In this document: positions 47,686 to 60,600 of the stretch, piece after piece
How the letters are laid out: each line of letters starts with the position of its first letter
Numbering within the stretch: the stretch's first letter is position 1
The notes under the pieces: model-generated
The model's input: the letters and a program-made list of their open reading frames with translations, nothing else
Database searches by the model: none
What the model was told of the DNA's origin: nothing
Source: Amphiscolops sp. MND2022
Lineage: Eukaryota
Assembly (NCBI GenBank): GCA_964187785.1
Contig: OZ076415.1
Span: forward strand, 46,500,001 to 46,564,000
DNA length: 64,000 nt
Direction of reading: 5' to 3'
Position numbers and translations under genes: made by a program

Positions 47686-49603
47686 TGCTGCTGGTGCAAT
47701 AACTGATTCAAGTCTTTTTCCTGTGACATCATAATCTAACTCCGACTCTTAAGATCGAATTCGTAAGATATGAGCAAAGTCTCGTGGAGCACAAGACACA
47801 CATATAGCGACATTTTAGCCTTCTAAGCCTGCGTACCAAATGATCATATGCATCTCTGAAAAGGATTATCAAAAGCTACAGGTAACTGAATAGAAAAGTT
47901 AACTAAACTCGACTACTTGGCAATAACAATTTGACTAGCTAATGCAAACTAATTGATATACGCAATACGCTTGTATAAAAGTTCCCATTTTAGGACCAGA
48001 AAGCTTCATATTCCGGAAGTTTCAAAACTTTCAAAAATTACACAATCGTCAAAACTATCAGTATCTGTCAATAATATCTATTCTACTGATGTGAGTGTTC
48101 AGGTATGTAAATCGTGAACATGGGGGTAATGGCTAGTGCTTTGGAAGAAATGGATTGGGCCATTTTTCTTACCCATCTCCTCAAGAGGCCGCTTTGTGAG
48201 GGATAAGAAATAATTTTCAAATATACCATAAGTCAGACATCGTAATAAGAAACAAGGCGCAAGTGGGTGGGGGAATTGAGACTTGAAGAAGTTTCGAGGT
48301 ATTGGGAGACGAAATAAAATTAGCTCGGACTGTTATAAGGCACCAGATATAACCAACATTTAGAAAGACTAGAATCCAAATGTATACCGGAAACTTGATT
48401 CGGAGAAGCATTAACAAGTATATTTAACGGGGCTGGCACAATTTAACCGTAAATGGACCATTGGTACGATTTCGTACAGGAAGAAGTTAGTTTCTGCAAA
48501 CTTCTAAACGTACCAGCTGACCTTATGGTAACGAAAACTCTTGAATAAGATTTTCAGACATCACATAGCATTGCACATCGTTTCACGCAATATTGACATG
48601 ATGTCCCCGAAATCAAGAAAACGGGACAAAAAATGAAAAAAATGAGCGCAGATTTTTAGTTTTTCCCGTTTTGGTTTGTGGCCACCTTATCCCACTGGTA
48701 TCAAGATTGGGTCAAAGTGGCCCTAGCATGGCTTGAAACATGCTGAAATGCAGTCAGACACGAGGCGTGCAAAATATTGGGGCAAAGTTCGGAGCCAGTG
48801 TGGCAAAGCCACACCTCGGCGGAGAACTTCACGTAAAAAAACTTTGCTAGCAAGGGGTTCGCGGTACTAGCAGTTCAAAAATCAATTTGAAAGCTCTGGT
48901 TGTCTTCTTTCGAACGCGCTATGAACCGTTTGTCGGACTTGAATAGTTTAGGAGATATTGCAGTTTAAAGTATAAGCACCAGATTTTTGGATGGATCCGG
49001 AAATTTCCTCGTAATTTAGGGTTAAGTTGATGTGTTTTCCCAAAAATCGGAGGTTAGCTCAAAAATCGACAGTGACTTTCGGGTAACACTTATTAGATTG
49101 TATCAGAGTTTTGATACCGCTAATAAGCGAAATTGCGGCCGCGCAGGAATTTTCAGTGATTTCGTTAGTGATTAAAAATAGGTACAACTAATATAATGTC
49201 CAAAGTCACAATTTCATCAGAGTGTACACGGAGCTTCAGAATGATTTTCGAAAACTTCAACTTGCCTTTGTAAATCCAGCATTATTTAAAATTGAGCTTT
49301 TTCGTAGCGCCCCTTTGGTTTTTTGATACTTTTAGTTATCAACACTTTTACAACCCAAAGGCTTTCACAACCCCTTTGGGCCTTTCGACACTGTGCAACT
49401 TTTTTTCAGGGAAAACATAATTACACTAAAAAGTTTTCGATGCGAAATTTGGGTTTCAGTGCGAGCAAAAAAGGGCTTTCAAGCCCATAAACAATTGAGT
49501 TTTTCGGCACTGTGAAATCGAGAATATTTAAAAAAGATTTTTTGACCCTTAAGCGGGGCACCCACTTATGCCGTTCCCAGCTTTTTCAAGGTATTTCTCA
49601 TGT

Positions 49604-50030
49604 AGCGCACAATTAATCACTGTACCAGTTTATACCGCCTTTAAATCTCGGACTAAAGCAAATATAACTACTGAGCGTAGAGGAAGTTTCGCATTCGCAT
49701 TTGAATGCAGGCGAAGCACTCGGCGAACGAATAGTTAATTAACACTCGTTCGCTTCATCTCAATAACTCAGCGTACGAAAGCATAATTATGAACAGTCGC
49801 TCGCTTCATCTCAATGACGTCAGCGTACGAATGCATAATTACCACTCGCTCGTTCCATCGGACGAGAATTGAATTGTAGTCGGCAGTTTGAGAAATTTAA
49901 TTCTCACGCTTATAGTCACTGCCGAACAAAATATCTGAATTATTCAGTATCATGCGAAGAATTTTACTGAGAAAAAAGTTGACAGCTTGAGGTTTCATTA
50001 ATATTCCTGCTATCGCAGAAATAATAAAAA
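49604..50030 (+). repeat. Dispersed ~400-bp repeat with internal hairpins, copy 1 (has an internal ~55-bp duplication)
   Basis: gcacaattaatcactgtac.agttta.accgcctttaa...gaagtttcgcattcgcatttgaatgcaggcgaagc...ctgccgaacaaaatatctgaattattcagta is shared with 63046-63408. Confidence 0.9.
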
Positions 50031-50276
50031 CAGTTCCTTAAAGATTTGAAGTACTCTTTGCTCATTTTAGCCATAAGCTTGGCGCCGGCTAATGCCGTTT
50101 TCGGTTTGTTACAGTGTATACAGGATCCTTCTGGTCTGTAGAAAAAACAATCACATATTAAATTGGATGTCGAATAACATTATACAGAACTTGAGAACCC
50201 TGATCTGAAAATTATTTTAAAATAGCAAAAAATGATGGTTGAAATGTCTCCATTGCTTGGCCTTAAAAGGAGTGAG

Positions 50277-52132
50277 TTAATAATAGAACTGACCATCAGC
50301 GAAAGCATAAAACAACCCACAACCATCCCCACGGAGGGAAACGAAATCGATAGATTCTAATGGACCGTGACAAGGTAAGTTAAATTTGATGGCTTCTGAA
50401 ATGGACCACCCGTCTCGATAAAGAGACATTATAACCAATTCCCGAAACTTGAAGTCTGAAATCAGAAGTTGGTCGAATGTTCCGTTGAAAATAACCTTGT
50501 CTATTCTAGATAAGCCGTACTCAACAGGAAGGAAAGTGACAACATTGCGTTTTTTCGTATCACAAATATGCAACCACCAATCTTTATCTACCGTTACCAC
50601 AAAATCAACTGAACAGGTAACTAATTTCGGGCGCTCCGAGACACTAAGTTCCCATCTCGGCAGTGTAACATCAAAAAGTTCGTTCAAAACTAGTGTCTCA
50701 ACAATGAGCAAGCACTTTTCTTCGTCCCATTGCACTGTGCGAAGTTCAGAGTAATCCGAAACAGAAAAACACAGTAAATCGCAAGAGAAGGAATATAAAC
50801 CAATTGGTACGCCGATTGCAAGGTCGTAAATCAGCACATAATTGTCAGTTCGTTGGAATAGAACGTAACCCGGGGATACAAAAACCGATTTTATTTTATT
50901 AAGGTCAAAAACAAACGTTTTTTCTAAAAGGTCAATTTTCCTGAGGAATTCCAACACTGATTCCTCTACAAGAGCTTCCAAATTTTTCGGAAAGATGATT
51001 GAAAAGTGTTTTTCATCAACTTTTCTTTTATTTCTGTCCACTTCTATCTTCAACGTCGAATCAACTTCCAAATTGACGTACTCTAGGAAAAAACTGCCAT
51101 CGGACATAACCAATAATTTTTTTAAACCCTGGATAATGTTGGTTGTATTAGATAACATTCGGGACATGTTCTTACTTTCGGATTGACAGATATGAAATTG
51201 ACCTAGTAAACTAACAGCGTAATTCTTCATTCGGAGCATGTCCACCCATTTCAGAGCATTTTTCCGAATAACTTGATCGTATTCGGCAACTAAAGCATCG
51301 GCGATGTTCTCGGGTTTCATGAAATCAATAGCTGATTCCATTCGCTCCGAGATTGCTTCCAAGACATCAGATCGATGATGAAACGACTTTAGAAGCTTTT
51401 CGTTTTCTTCTAACAATTCGAAAATTTCGGTTCGAGCCGTTCGTATCTAATATCTCTTTCGGTTTTTCTAGAATCTTTTCAAGGGGATGACTTGGGATAA
51501 TCAAAACGCAATCTTTTTCTAACCAAAAAACCAAATCCTTGTTGTATGAATTTGATGCAGACAATTACTTCTACTGAGCTCTATCAATTATGAAAACATT
51601 TCTAAAATTTCAAAAAAAGCCGGAGAAAATTACCGCATTTGATTGGGAAGACGGGAAAAGTATCTTCAAAATTTATCAACTGATTTTATTACTTCGAATA
51701 CTGAACCGAGAAAGATATTTCCAGTAGTACCTCTTTGCTGATAGGCATAAAATCATGCCTACAATGGATTTCAGTGCAGAGTCGACAGAATACAATTAGG
51801 CAGTCGTGGCAAAAAAAGACACAAATATTACCATGAGTCGAACATAAAGCGGGTTTGCAGCCTCTATGATCTATTACCTCATGTTCATTTCTGATATGGA
51901 GCACGAAAATGCACATATCACAGAATGTAGATTGAATGGAACTCGGTTCTGAGAGTCCCCTTGAATTTTCATTTGAACTATCTGCTTCAACTACTTTGCA
52001 TGTTGTACATCGGTACAGCTCCTCGACGCCAGCCTGTTTTTGGCAGCAAACACAGGTCTGATAACTGACCTCGGAGGTTTCCTCATCAGAACTAGAGTCC
52101 CAGAACGATACGTCCCTTTGTGTCGTAGTCAT
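50277..52132 (-). CDS. RING-less TRIM-like protein: B-box1, B-box2, coiled coil and beta-rich C-terminal (propeller-like) region; 2 exons, ~523 aa
   Basis: Exons 52132-51731 and 51446-50277 (GT-AG, phase 0: ...PISKE|IRTARTEIF...). B-box1 CVCC...CTTC...CDMCIFVLHIRNEH; B-box2 CSTHGNICVFFCHDCLIVFCRLCTEIHCRH. Confidence 0.75.
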
Positions 52133-52984
52133 TTCAAATCTTAAACAGACGTAAAATCGGAAAAGGGTTCAGAATGCATCACTCAATTCCCTATACATTT
52201 CAATGGTGATGAAAAGGTAGGAAAAATGAAAATTCGGAAACCGAACCAAAGGTCAAGTCCTGCTGAGGAACCTAAAATGCTGACTTTTGCGCAAGGTGTG
52301 AATAAATTCTAAAACGCTTTTTTAAAAGTTTTAACGTAAATTTCAAATTTTAATCTGATCATTTTTTTTTCGATTTGAATACTTCCAACAGTTGTTCAGG
52401 CCTACGTCACCGTCCGAAAGACTGAATCAAACTTTGGAAAAATATTCCCACGACGTCTGATTTTTCACCAGTTCTCCAGTATTAATCTAACTGAAAAAAA
52501 TGGAATCAAATTAATAAGTTTGCATTAAGATTAACAAAACTGTTTGAACTCTGGTACTGAAGATCTCAGAAAGAATCTGAGAGTATTCTTAAGTTCAACC
52601 ACTTTCTAAAATTATTGCAGGTTTTCAAAAATTGAGGAAGGTCGCTTTTTAACCGGTGATAGAAACGAATTGAATTCCAACTGCATTGCGAACACATCGT
52701 TCAATGCTTAAAATGAGAAAAAGAATCAATTTTGCATAAAACTGTTTGAATCACACTGTGTAAAAGGTTATCAGAATAGAATATTTCATAAAAAGACTAT
52801 ATGAAGAAAGTCCGATATGCATAACGTTTAGCGCAGAAAAAAACTGATGTAAACTGCACAATACGTGATTCTAATTATGGATCCACAATTTAAGTATTTT
52901 TTCAAACTGGTTAACCATTGTTGAAGGCGGGCAAGAGATGGCATTCCAGCAGTTAGGAATTTCGACGAAATTAATAATTTACTT

Positions 52985-54030
52985 TCATTGCGCTAAATCT
53001 TTGGCAACTTGGTGAATACTGGTATTGGTCAGAAGCGTCATTTTCTCGGCCCCTTCTACGCCATAAGTTTCACTATTTTTGATCATGGATCTGGCTACAA
53101 TTTCCGTGGATACCTGTAATAAATCTGGCTTGAAATATGTGATTGGCTTCAAAAATGCAGCTGAAACTTTCTCTCCGAAACGACCTTTCTCCCCTCGCAA
53201 AATTAATGCAGGTCTGTAGATGAACAACTGATCAAATCCCAGATCAGTTACTTCAGCTTCAACTTTCCCCTTGATCTGGGGGTAAAGGAAGGGACTGTTT
53301 TTGTTGGCACCAGTGGAAGATATGAGATGAAACTGTTTACAACCTTGATCTTTAGATATTTTGGCGACACCCATTATGTAATCGTAGTCCACCTTGACAA
53401 AACCTGAAGCCCCTGCGTCTCTTCTGGTTGTTCCCATTGCACAATAGCCTACATGACAGTCTGCGAATAAGTGGCTACTTTTATCCAAGTCGTCGAAATC
53501 AATTATCTCCTGAAACAAATCTGACTAGTTACGTGAACTAAAAAGATTTCATGAACAAATACCGATGCATGAAGTAGTAATTCGAGAGCAATTTCCGGTT
53601 TTCCAGATAATTAGCTCAAGATAAAATGGGTTTTTTCCATCAACAAAAAACTACCCTTTTCAGAAAAGCCACAAATTCTCCGAAGCAAATGGCAACAAGT
53701 TTTTTGTCTAAAAAATAAAGGCAATCCACTGAAAGAATGATTTTTGTAAAAATTTAATCGCAAAAAGCACTAATCTGCTGATATTAGGCCCCATAAAATC
53801 CTAAATATTGCCATTTTCTAGTGACCCACAGAGGCGTACAGAGCAGAGAGGAATCCAGTTACCTGCTTCAATTTTGAGCGGGCGTCATCTTCAGGAAAAT
53901 CGACCTTTCGGCGGCCAAGAAGAACAACTTCCTTGAATGTTGCACGATCTGCAAGTTGCTTTACTAACTGCTCGCCACATGCTCCGGTCCATCCTACCAC
54001 AAACGCTCTCAAGTCTTTCAGATGGGCCAT
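52985..54030 (-). CDS. HTATIP2: Oxidoreductase HTATIP2/TIP30 (atypical SDR), 2 exons, 230 aa
   Basis: Exons 54030-53863 and 53509-52985 (phase 0). Motifs AFVVGWTGACG, YCAMGTTRRDAGASGFVKVDYDY, FHLISSTGANKNSPFLYPQIKGKVE, IYRPAL. Confidence 0.93.
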
Positions 54031-54850
54031 AAAAATCTTAAGCAAAAAATGACGACTCACAATAGCATCGAAAAAATTTTAGAAAACAGGGTCACAAAAT
54101 CTTACGCGAATTCATTTTACTTTGACAGCTGATCAAAAACTTCGAACGAAGTGATGCAAGCAGAAGCATAACAGTGGTAAACGTTGGTGGGATATTCGCA
54201 CATTTTCGTTTCTCCCTATTTTTTTTCCAAAAAATTGTGCCTCTTTTGCAAAATTAACCTTGAACTTTACAAATTCGAGGGTAATCATGGTACATTTGGA
54301 GACAGATTTACACGATCCAATAGAAATGATCAAATACCTTCCAGATTATTGGGCATGAAATAAATTGACTAATTGATTAAACTGGAACAATTCGAGAAAA
54401 AGATTTTAAAAGATTTAGAAGAATAGTCAATACTGGTCCAAAAATTAACCTTAAAATTCATATTTTACTTCCTTTGCATACATATCAGAATACGCACCTA
54501 TCGACTCATTCTTTCAAAATAAATAGACCTCAATGGATTAATCACAAGATTTAATTCATAACCCAACAACGCAGCTAGTATAAATAGTTCACGCTGCTTT
54601 TAGAACAGTAGCCGCATTGGGAAAGTACTTAAGCAGCTTCCATAGAGCCACTGAATATCCTATATCTCGTTAGAAGCCCAGCTACTACTTGAAATTGTGA
54701 ATATATTATGATTCGATTTGATGAATCTGGTCACAGAGACGTTTCTTCGTAAGGTAGTTTGTAAATTTTGTAATAAATTTATAAGAATATATTACAAAAA
54801 TCCGGATAGAAAACATTTCAATCAAAAACAATGGATGACGTCACAGCCGT

Positions 54851-57696
54851 CTACTCCTGCTTGAGTTCGCCACAGTCGTCGATGATGACGTCAGCAGAAG
54901 GAGTACCATGTCGGGTGCCAACTGCCTCCATCTGCTTCACATGTTTCATGCCCTCGACGACCTCACCGAAAACGACGTGCTTTCCGTCCAGCCAAGGGGT
55001 CGCTGCAAATAAAGGGGGTGAAGAAGAAACATGCAAATGTATCTTCAAATAAACGCGGTGACTAATCATGAGAAAGGTGTAAACCTCTTTTCTTGATCAG
55101 CATCATATCATAACATTTGTCAACTCAAAACGGGTCACACTTTCTCAAAAACTTATGGATCAAGGTGCCTAAGTGATCAGAGAAAATCGGACTGATTAAT
55201 AGTGCTGAAGATCGAATAATGAACAGCGAAAATCACGATTACGAATGTACACCCATTCAAACATACACTATGGTACCAAAAAGCTACGTACACCAACATT
55301 TTTTTTAAAAAAACACAGAACAGAGTAAAATTTGAAACAACTGTTGAAAACAACAAATAATAAATCAATATCCCGTCAAACTACCATGGATTTTGTTTAC
55401 CTTCACGAGACGATTCTCATACGATGAGTACAAGTTGCGAACAACATCAGGGTTTATGTTGTTCCACACTTCCATAACCTTTTCTTCTAAATTCTCCCAG
55501 GTAACAATCTGACCTCGCAAGCTTTTTTTAAAATGGCCCAAATATTTTAAATAGGATTCAGGTCAGGACTGTAAGCTGGCCAATCCAGCACCTCCCATTG
55601 CTTTCGGGCCAGAAAATTGCGAACAACTTCACTTTTGTGTACTAGGGCGTTGTCTTGCTGGAACACCAAATCCGGTATATTCAAATGTCGATCGTATTGC
55701 TTTAAAATCTCCAAATATCCGTAACTGTTGAGTGTTGCGGGACATTTAATCAGCATTTTTCTACCATCTGATCTGATGGCCCCCCAAAACATCATAGATC
55801 TTTTGTCTGTGCGTATTCCCTGTATGTTTTTCGGGCAAAAGCGACGACCAGTTTTCCTGAACACCCGCACAACGCCATCACTATTCAAGCGCACACGGGT
55901 TTCGTCTGAGAATACGAACGACGTTTTCCCAGAAACCTAGTTTCCATCCAGCCAAAATTCAGAACAAAAATGCAAAAGTTCGAGTGAAACAAAATCAACC
56001 TTCTTCAAGCTTACAATACCACCCAAATCTGGCCGGCGAAAATGCATCTAAGGTAGTGCAGAAGGTCCCCTCTCGCATTTTCTCTCTTTTTTAGCGTAAC
56101 ATACAAAACCGAACAAAACTAAAAGGTCCCCTTTCAAACGTTATAATCTTTTGGTGTTTTTTGTCTTTTCATAAAAATCCTGAGCAGAGTTTCTATACTT
56201 TGCGCTTTTTGAGCCTTAGGTTTAGCGCCGACTTTAGATGTTCTCGTCTTGTATCATTGAGCGCACCATCGAAAGCGCTATTAGTTCACTCTACGAAAGT
56301 GATTGATTTGATAAAATTTTTTATTTCGTTCTGGTTTTTTCGGCACTTTGAGATTTTTCTCAAATATTTTTTCTTTCAAAAAAATTCCATAACTTTTTCC
56401 CATTTTCGGTGAAAATTGACGCTGGATAAAAGCCAAGGGGCTTTTTCAACATTCTCGAGCACCAGCGTTTTCTGACCAGCCTTTGTTTTTTGTTCAAGTT
56501 GAACTTTTTTGCGGCTTTTCTAGAAACAATTCCGTACTTCTTCAGGATTCTTCGAATAGTACATTTAGAAACTGTCTGTGACGTTGAAAAAGAGTTTTGC
56601 AGTACTCTTACTCGTTCTAATGTTGTTTTTAGGTCTTTTTCCACTCTTCGAACTATTAGTCTTTGCTCTTTTTCGCTGAGTTTTTCTGGCCGGCCTGGGT
56701 GTTTTTTCGCCACATAAGAGTTCGTTCTCAAAAAACGCTGATAAGCTGTTTGAGCTGTCGATCGAGATTTAAGACCCAACTTTTCTTTAAATCCTTTGTA
56801 TGATAAACCCATTTCGCGAAGTGTAACGATTTTGCAAACAACGTATGAATCCAAAGGTTTGACCATTTTCAACAATGTTTAATTCAAGAGTGATTGATTT
56901 CACTTCCGGTTGAGAATGAAAATGAAAAGTTCTTCACAAACTGAATAAGATTTAATTTTCAGCTGTACGTCGCTTTTTGCTACCATAGTGTATACCCAAA
57001 CAACAACTCAGGAGCGTTCTGTTCCGTTCATGGTCAAAGCGTCTATGATAATTCGCCAGCTGTTTCTGAGATGCCAACTTCTGGAAACTTTATTAAAAAT
57101 TCAATAGAAAAGGACTTGTGAAACTCGCGAAACTAAGTGACTAAAACAGAGATTCTAGGTAAAATTTGGAGGATTCGAGCCTTACCAACCCCGAACGTTT
57201 GCTTTTCCGGACCTAATTCTTTTATGGGATAGCGGAAAATTAAATTTCTCAGCGTATTTTTCGATAATATTTGCTATATTCTATCTTCATACTCAAACAG
57301 GGCTAAAACCCACACACCTTCGACTGTTATAAAAAATTGGCTGCCATTGGTATTGGGTCCAGCATTGGCCATAGACAACAATCCTGGTTTCGTGTGTTTC
57401 TTGACGAAGTTCTCATCCTCAAACTTCTGTCCGTAAATGCTTTTTCCTCCAGTCCCATTCCCAACAGTGAAGTCGCCTCCTTGGCACATGAACTGAGGAA
57501 TGATTCTGTGGAACCGACTCCCTTTGAACCCGAACCCCTTCTCACCGGTGCAGAGAGCTCGAAAGTTCTCGGCTGTTTTTGGGGTGTGGTCAGCATACAA
57601 CTCGAACACAATTCGTCCGCCAGAGGGCGCGTTCTTAGCAGACGAGATGACCACATCCATGAAAACTTTAGGATTCATCAACTTCTTTGCAGCCAT
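54851..57696 (-). CDS. PPIA: Cyclophilin A-type peptidyl-prolyl cis-trans isomerase, 2 exons, 176 aa
   Basis: Exons 57696-57318 and 55002-54851 (GT-AG, phase 1 giving ...[19 protein letters not shown]). Motifs [50 protein letters not shown]. Confidence 0.95.
55266..56990 (-). mobile_element. Tc1 (DD34E) DNA transposon, inactive, in the cyclophilin intron
   Basis: 27-bp TIRs CACTATGGTA(C/G)CAAAAAGC(T/G)ACGTACA with TA on both sides. Paired-like HTH N-terminus with GRP motif (56360-56875). Catalytic FSDET...QQDNA-x-SPDLNPI*, where the Glu codon (34 residues after D2) is TAA at 55547-55549. Confidence 0.93.
55946..56427. mobile_element. ~480-bp insertion with imperfect terminal inverted repeats nested in the Tc1 transposase
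   Basis: Ends ATCCAGCCAAAATTCAGAACAAAAATG and (reverse complement) ATCCAGCGTCAATTTTCACCGAAAATG. Removing it rejoins ...[16 protein letters not shown]. No clear TSD. Confidence 0.6.
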
Positions 57697-60600
57697 TCAG
57701 ATCTGAAGAAAATATACATCGATATAAATCGAGTTTTCATGACAATAACTCAGCAAGACGTTCGAATTTAACAAAGTGTTTTACAATAATTAAACAATCA
57801 GAAGCAATGAATCCTCAAAGATCAGAAAAACTTCAGGAAACTCTCTAGACTCCGGATAAAAACTGACTTCACATTTTCGCCTTGATTATGGATTTTCACT
57901 GCGGTTGTTTTGGCAAGTAACTCCCATTCCTACGTTGAACGTCAACAAAAAAGCCAAGTTCAAAGAGCTCAAAATGTCAGTCAGAATTGAAACTGTAACT
58001 CGAAACCACAAATAAGTGACTTGAAAGGGTCAATGATGGGACATCATTTGGTTTTTGAGCATTTTCTTTCCACTGGCACCAAAAACCCTTCATAAACTTT
58101 TTTTGAAAATCGGCTAAGTGAATTCAAAGCAAATTTCGAATCATCCGCTGTTGCTCCTACTACATGCATTAGTAGCCAAGCACAAATATGCGGATCTGTG
58201 TAATCACTTCGCCAAATACGAGCCACGTTTCACTGAACGAAGTCTGCACTTCAAATTTAACCAACGCCAAATAAGCAAATAATGAAAACAACATATGGAA
58301 AAGTTGGTAGCATAAAGTAAAAACAGCTTTTTAAGCGGATTGGATTCAGATAGATATCATCTTTTGCAACCATTTTTTAGTTGCATGAATTTAATCTACA
58401 AATAATATTGTGAACAAATTTGCTGAAAAAGGAATCAATTATATCCCAGAAAATTATTCAATCGCATCAAAATGTTGCAAAAGCTGGCGGAAAGACTATT
58501 AGTCTGTTTCAGTGGCTACAAATTGGTTTCTTCATCCATGAATGAAAATTGTTAAATAAATCTTATTTGAAAAATTGAATGATTCTTGATTTATTCGGAA
58601 TAAAATCGGTAAAGTATGAATTTACTATAATTGCCGTTTTAACTCTTCATGACTAACGCAAAAAATACTTCACAAAAAACTTCTTGAAGCAAATGACATC
58701 TTATAACTTGTGCATAAATTTGGGTATAACGTTGCTATAAATTTGTTGAATATATTCGCATCTCATGTCACAGGAGCGATTTTTTCCAAATCCACAGAAA
58801 AATGCCAGAGAACTTAGTAATGAAAAACTTGGTATATTTTGGCGCTTCTGAAATTTATTTAATTTAATTATCGAATAGCTCAATCAATGAATAGTTAAAT
58901 TATTAAGGCTTAAAAATTCCTTCACAACCTCGCCATATATTTATTCTGATAGAAAACCAACGCAGATAAATTGAGTTGTGCAGGTTTCATTTGTTGCTCC
59001 AGCAACGACAGGTTTCCGCAGTATAAAAAGCAATCAACATTATGACAGCAAATAATTTTGAATATGGGCAAATATTTTTGCAAAAGAAGCGGTTTTTGAG
59101 ACGAACCATTTGAAACTGGTAGTCATCTTGAAAATAGAGACTTTTCTCTCCCTCTCCGCGAAGGATTTCAATTCATTTTGAACTAGACATGTTTATACTG
59201 CGAACATCAAACAAACGGATTATAGCGCATCCTTTCAAAAACACGGCCTAGTACAAAGTTGTCTCCTCGCTGCAAAATATTGCAATCGAAAAACTTAAAC
59301 TCGATTAAAAATGATATTTTCAGCTTCAAATTCATCGTTGTAACGTATGTTCCTTGCTAAACTGCCTGTACGCAAAAATTACTGGGAAACATTTCAAGGT
59401 TACAAAACAAAACATTTCTAAATGATTAAAAGTAAGTACAGGAAAAAGGCAAATTTGCAGCGCGTCAAGTTACAAATTTGTGACAATTTCAGTACATTAA
59501 CATTGTACACAACTTGTCGAATCATTGTTGAGAGGATATAGTTAGCGCCTTACCTAAAAGTTAGCACCTTACCTTATTAAATTATTTCCATTTTATAGTA
59601 ATCAGAAACCAGCTAGTGACGAAACATTCAACTTTTTTGAAGCGCGGTGTCACTCGGCGACTATTTCTTAAATTCATTCTTTCAATATGTGTCGAAGAGA
59701 TGTAAAACGTCACAACGTGCGCTAAACTTTTGCACAAACATAGGATTCAAAAGCCGTCTGTGATTTTAATGATTCATAATTGCGACCGGTGACAGATCTC
59801 GAATGAGGCAGAAGAGTCGAGACTACAAGAAGAGATTAGAGGATGAAGATTCTACAATGGGCCCTTTTTCAAGTGCTTGAGTAGAGTTTCACACTTGACA
59901 AAATAAATTTACCTTCCAGTGGATTGAAGGTTTAAGCCAACACATACGCAAGTCAGGTGGTTGGATAATTTATTAGCAACATTTGTTAAGAATACAGATT
60001 AAAATTTGACGGAAATCTGTCATTTCAGGCTCTGCGATAGGAACAATTCAACATTATATCTTCAACTCCGCAGTTAACAACTTGATCACAGCAGACAACC
60101 TTTTATACTAGCTAGTAATTGCAATTATAACCTTTGCACCACGACTGGTTATTATTACGTTTGTTATTTTGCTCATTAACATTTTTATTTGAGTTCATCT
60201 TCTTGTCGAAAACCCATTTTCCAACGAAATTTTTGAAACATCGTGGAATCTTTGTCTGGTTGGATCTTCTATATCCTTTCCATTGAATTTATCTTCAAGT
60301 TAGCTCCCGATTTCTCAATCTCGATTTAAGTAAGTCATTATAAACTATAACAAATAACATACCGGTTAATCAGGGTGGTTTATTGGATCGAACAAACTAA
60401 CCATATTGATTCATTGATTCAGTGATGACGCTATGGTTTTCAACACGTGATTGTGATTTTTGACATAGTGAGATTATTTTTCGTTTTCTTGAAAAAGGGA
60501 TTTTTTACCTGGAGTTTTTCAAATTCTTTCCTTCCACAGTTTTGCCACGAGCTTCTAGGAGCGCTGGTAAGTACTTTCCACTTTGCCTGAAGGTTAAAGC

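Noticed and set aside
57327-57771. Overlapping ORFs 57327-57656, 57337-57771 and 57500-57706
   Set aside because: Alternative-frame or antisense shadows of cyclophilin exon 1.
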